A stretch of DNA of 6,589 nucleotides from Candidatus Iainarchaeum sp. (GTDB taxonomy: Archaea; Iainarchaeota; Iainarchaeia; Iainarchaeales; CSSED10-239). The DNA lies in contig JAQUVR010000033.1 in the NCBI GenBank assembly GCA_028693335.1, positions 1 to 6,589 of the forward strand. The letters are read 5' to 3'. The notes below the pieces were generated by a model. That model saw only the letters and a program-made list of their open reading frames with translations, was not told where the DNA came from and did not search any database. Position numbers and translations under genes: made by a program. Below are positions 5,606-6,589 of this stretch, piece after piece (the stretch's first letter is position 1; each line of letters starts with the position of its first letter).

Positions 5606-6499
5606 ATGAGTTTAAAAGAACAATTTGAAAAAATAAAAGAGAATTGGTTATTGATCTTAATTGTAGTTTTTATTTTTGGAGTTATGATCTATTTACCAAA
5701 TTCCGGATCTATTGGGTTTTCTTCTCAAAATAAAATGGCAATGGATTATGCATATGAATCATCTTTAGCATCTGGTGGATCTTATGATAGTTATAAAAAC
5801 TATTCCCAAAATTTTGCTCCACAAGTAGAAAACCGAAAAATTGTTAAAACCGCAAATTTAGGTTTAGAAACAAAGGTTGGTAAATTTTCTGAGGTTGATT
5901 CTAAATTAAGAGAGGTAATTAAATCATCTGACTCGTTTATTTTAAATGAAAACATTTATTCTAACAAAGTTAATTCTAGAGAGATCTTTTCTGGAAATTA
6001 TGTAATTAAAGTAAATACAGATAAACTTGAAAATATAACAAATCAATTAAAAGATTTAGGAAAAGTTACAAGATTTACTATGGGTGTTGATGATGTTACT
6101 GGTCAATATACAAATGTAAATATAGAATTACAAGTAGAAAGAGAAAGACTTTTAAGATATCAAGAAATGTATGAAGACGCAGAACTAATAAATGATAAAA
6201 TAGAACTTAACGACAGAATATTTAATCAAGAAAGGACCATTAAATATCTTGAAGATTCAATAAGAGATATTGATCAAAGAATTGATTATTCAACTATTAA
6301 TTTAACAGTTAATGAAAAATCAGATTATTTGGGAATAGCTTTTGTTAAGTTATCTGATCTTGTGAGATCTTTTATAAACAGTTTAAATTCATTAATAAGA
6401 TTAGTTGTTTTGATCTTACCTTGGGTTATAATTATTGGGTTTTTCTACGCTATTAACAGATTTTTTAAAAAAGAGGGTACAAAAGTAAGAAAAAAATAA
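5606..6499 (+). CDS. DUF4349 domain membrane protein, 297 aa (N- and C-terminal transmembrane helices, central coiled coil)
   Basis: The N-terminal hydrophobic helix is WLLILIVVFIFGVMIYL. ENRKIVKTANLGLETKVGKFSEVDSKLREVIKSSDSFILNENI matches the DUF4349 core (RKIIxTAxLxLEVxDxxxA...). A coiled-coil segment follows (NIELQVERERLLRYQEMYEDAELINDKIELNDRIFNQERTIKYLEDSIRDIDQRIDYSTINL). The C-terminal helix LVVLILPWVIIIGFFYAI is followed by a basic tail. Confidence 0.85.
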   Translation: MSLKEQFEKIKENWLLILIVVFIFGVMIYLPNSGSIGFSSQNKMAMDYAYESSLASGGSYDSYKNYSQNFAPQVENRKIVKTANLGLETKVGKFSEVDSKLREVIKSSDSFILNENIYSNKVNSREIFSGNYVIKVNTDKLENITNQLKDLGKVTRFTMGVDDVTGQYTNVNIELQVERERLLRYQEMYEDAELINDKIELNDRIFNQERTIKYLEDSIRDIDQRIDYSTINLTVNEKSDYLGIAFVKLSDLVRSFINSLNSLIRLVVLILPWVIIIGFFYAINRFFKKEGTKVRKK

Positions 6500-6518
6500 T
6501 TTTTTCTTTTCTTTTTTT
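6500..6518 (+). terminator. T-rich terminator tract (T6-C-T4-C-T7) directly after the DUF4349 stop codon
   Basis: Read directly after the TAA at 6497..6499. This is the archaeal oligo-dT termination signal type. Confidence 0.5.
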
Positions 6519-6532
6519 ATAATGTGATTTTT

Positions 6533-6589
6533 ATGGATATTTCAAAAAAGCAAATGTGTGTTTTTAAATGGGTTGTTAAAATTTTTAGT
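6533..6589 (+). CDS. Possible 5' end of a further gene (MDISKKQMCVFKWVVKIFS...), open to the window end
   Basis: An ATG at 6533 is followed by 19 open codons to the window edge, downstream of a terminator-like T tract. It is too short to assign or even to be sure it is coding. Confidence 0.25.
   Translation, partial: MDISKKQMCVFKWVVKIFS

Noticed and set aside
5201-6589. tRNA-Gly as an integration site, with the DUF1653 and DUF4349 genes as cargo of an integrated element
   Set aside because: There is no integrase or recombinase in the window. I found no downstream direct repeat of the tRNA 3' end (GGTTCGAATCCCGGTAGTTGCA), and base composition does not visibly shift after the tRNA.
1-6589. 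CRISPR arrays, defence systems, toxin-antitoxin pairs, transposons and alternative genetic code
   Set aside because: There are no spaced direct repeats, no nuclease/ATPase/methylase defence signatures and no transposase or inverted terminal repeats. All ORFs end with standard TAA or TGA, with no in-frame stops in the conserved proteins.

Overview
The window is very AT-rich (roughly 25-30% G+C by eye, not computed) and densely packed. It most likely comes from a small archaeal genome, possibly DPANN-like. The archaeal call rests on an unmistakable HMf-type histone, a tRNA-Gly with discriminator A73 and no encoded CCA, an MJ1255-like glycosyltransferase, an archaeal-type CMP-kinase-like protein and a UPF0173 hydrolase. 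Stop codons are ordinary (TAA and TGA). Gene order, left to right: (-) 5' part of a CPA2 cation/proton antiporter, cut by the window edge and absent from the ORF track; (-) GT-B glycosyltransferase; (+) P-loop NMP kinase (cmk-like); (-) PHP-domain phosphoesterase; (-) archaeal histone; (+) 297-aa orphan protein with a winged-helix-like N-terminus; (+) UPF0173 metallo-beta-lactamase-fold hydrolase; (+) tRNA-Gly(CCC); (+) DUF1653 protein; (+) DUF4349 membrane protein; and possibly the first 19 codons of another + strand gene. I see no CRISPR array, transposase, integrase, toxin-antitoxin pair or recognisable defence system, so this reads as a housekeeping neighbourhood. The best candidate for undescribed biology is the orphan protein at 3651..4544. 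It overlaps the UPF0173 hydrolase by 4 nt (ATGA), tRNA-Gly follows 3 nt after that hydrolase's stop, and it shares a 134-bp divergent promoter region with the histone gene. Other points are architectural: a histone-PHP pair separated only by T6, convergent genes overlapping by 10 bp with oligo-T tracts inside each other's coding sequence, and short repeats or palindromes at promoters and terminators. All functional calls come from my recognition of protein motifs. No database search was run.
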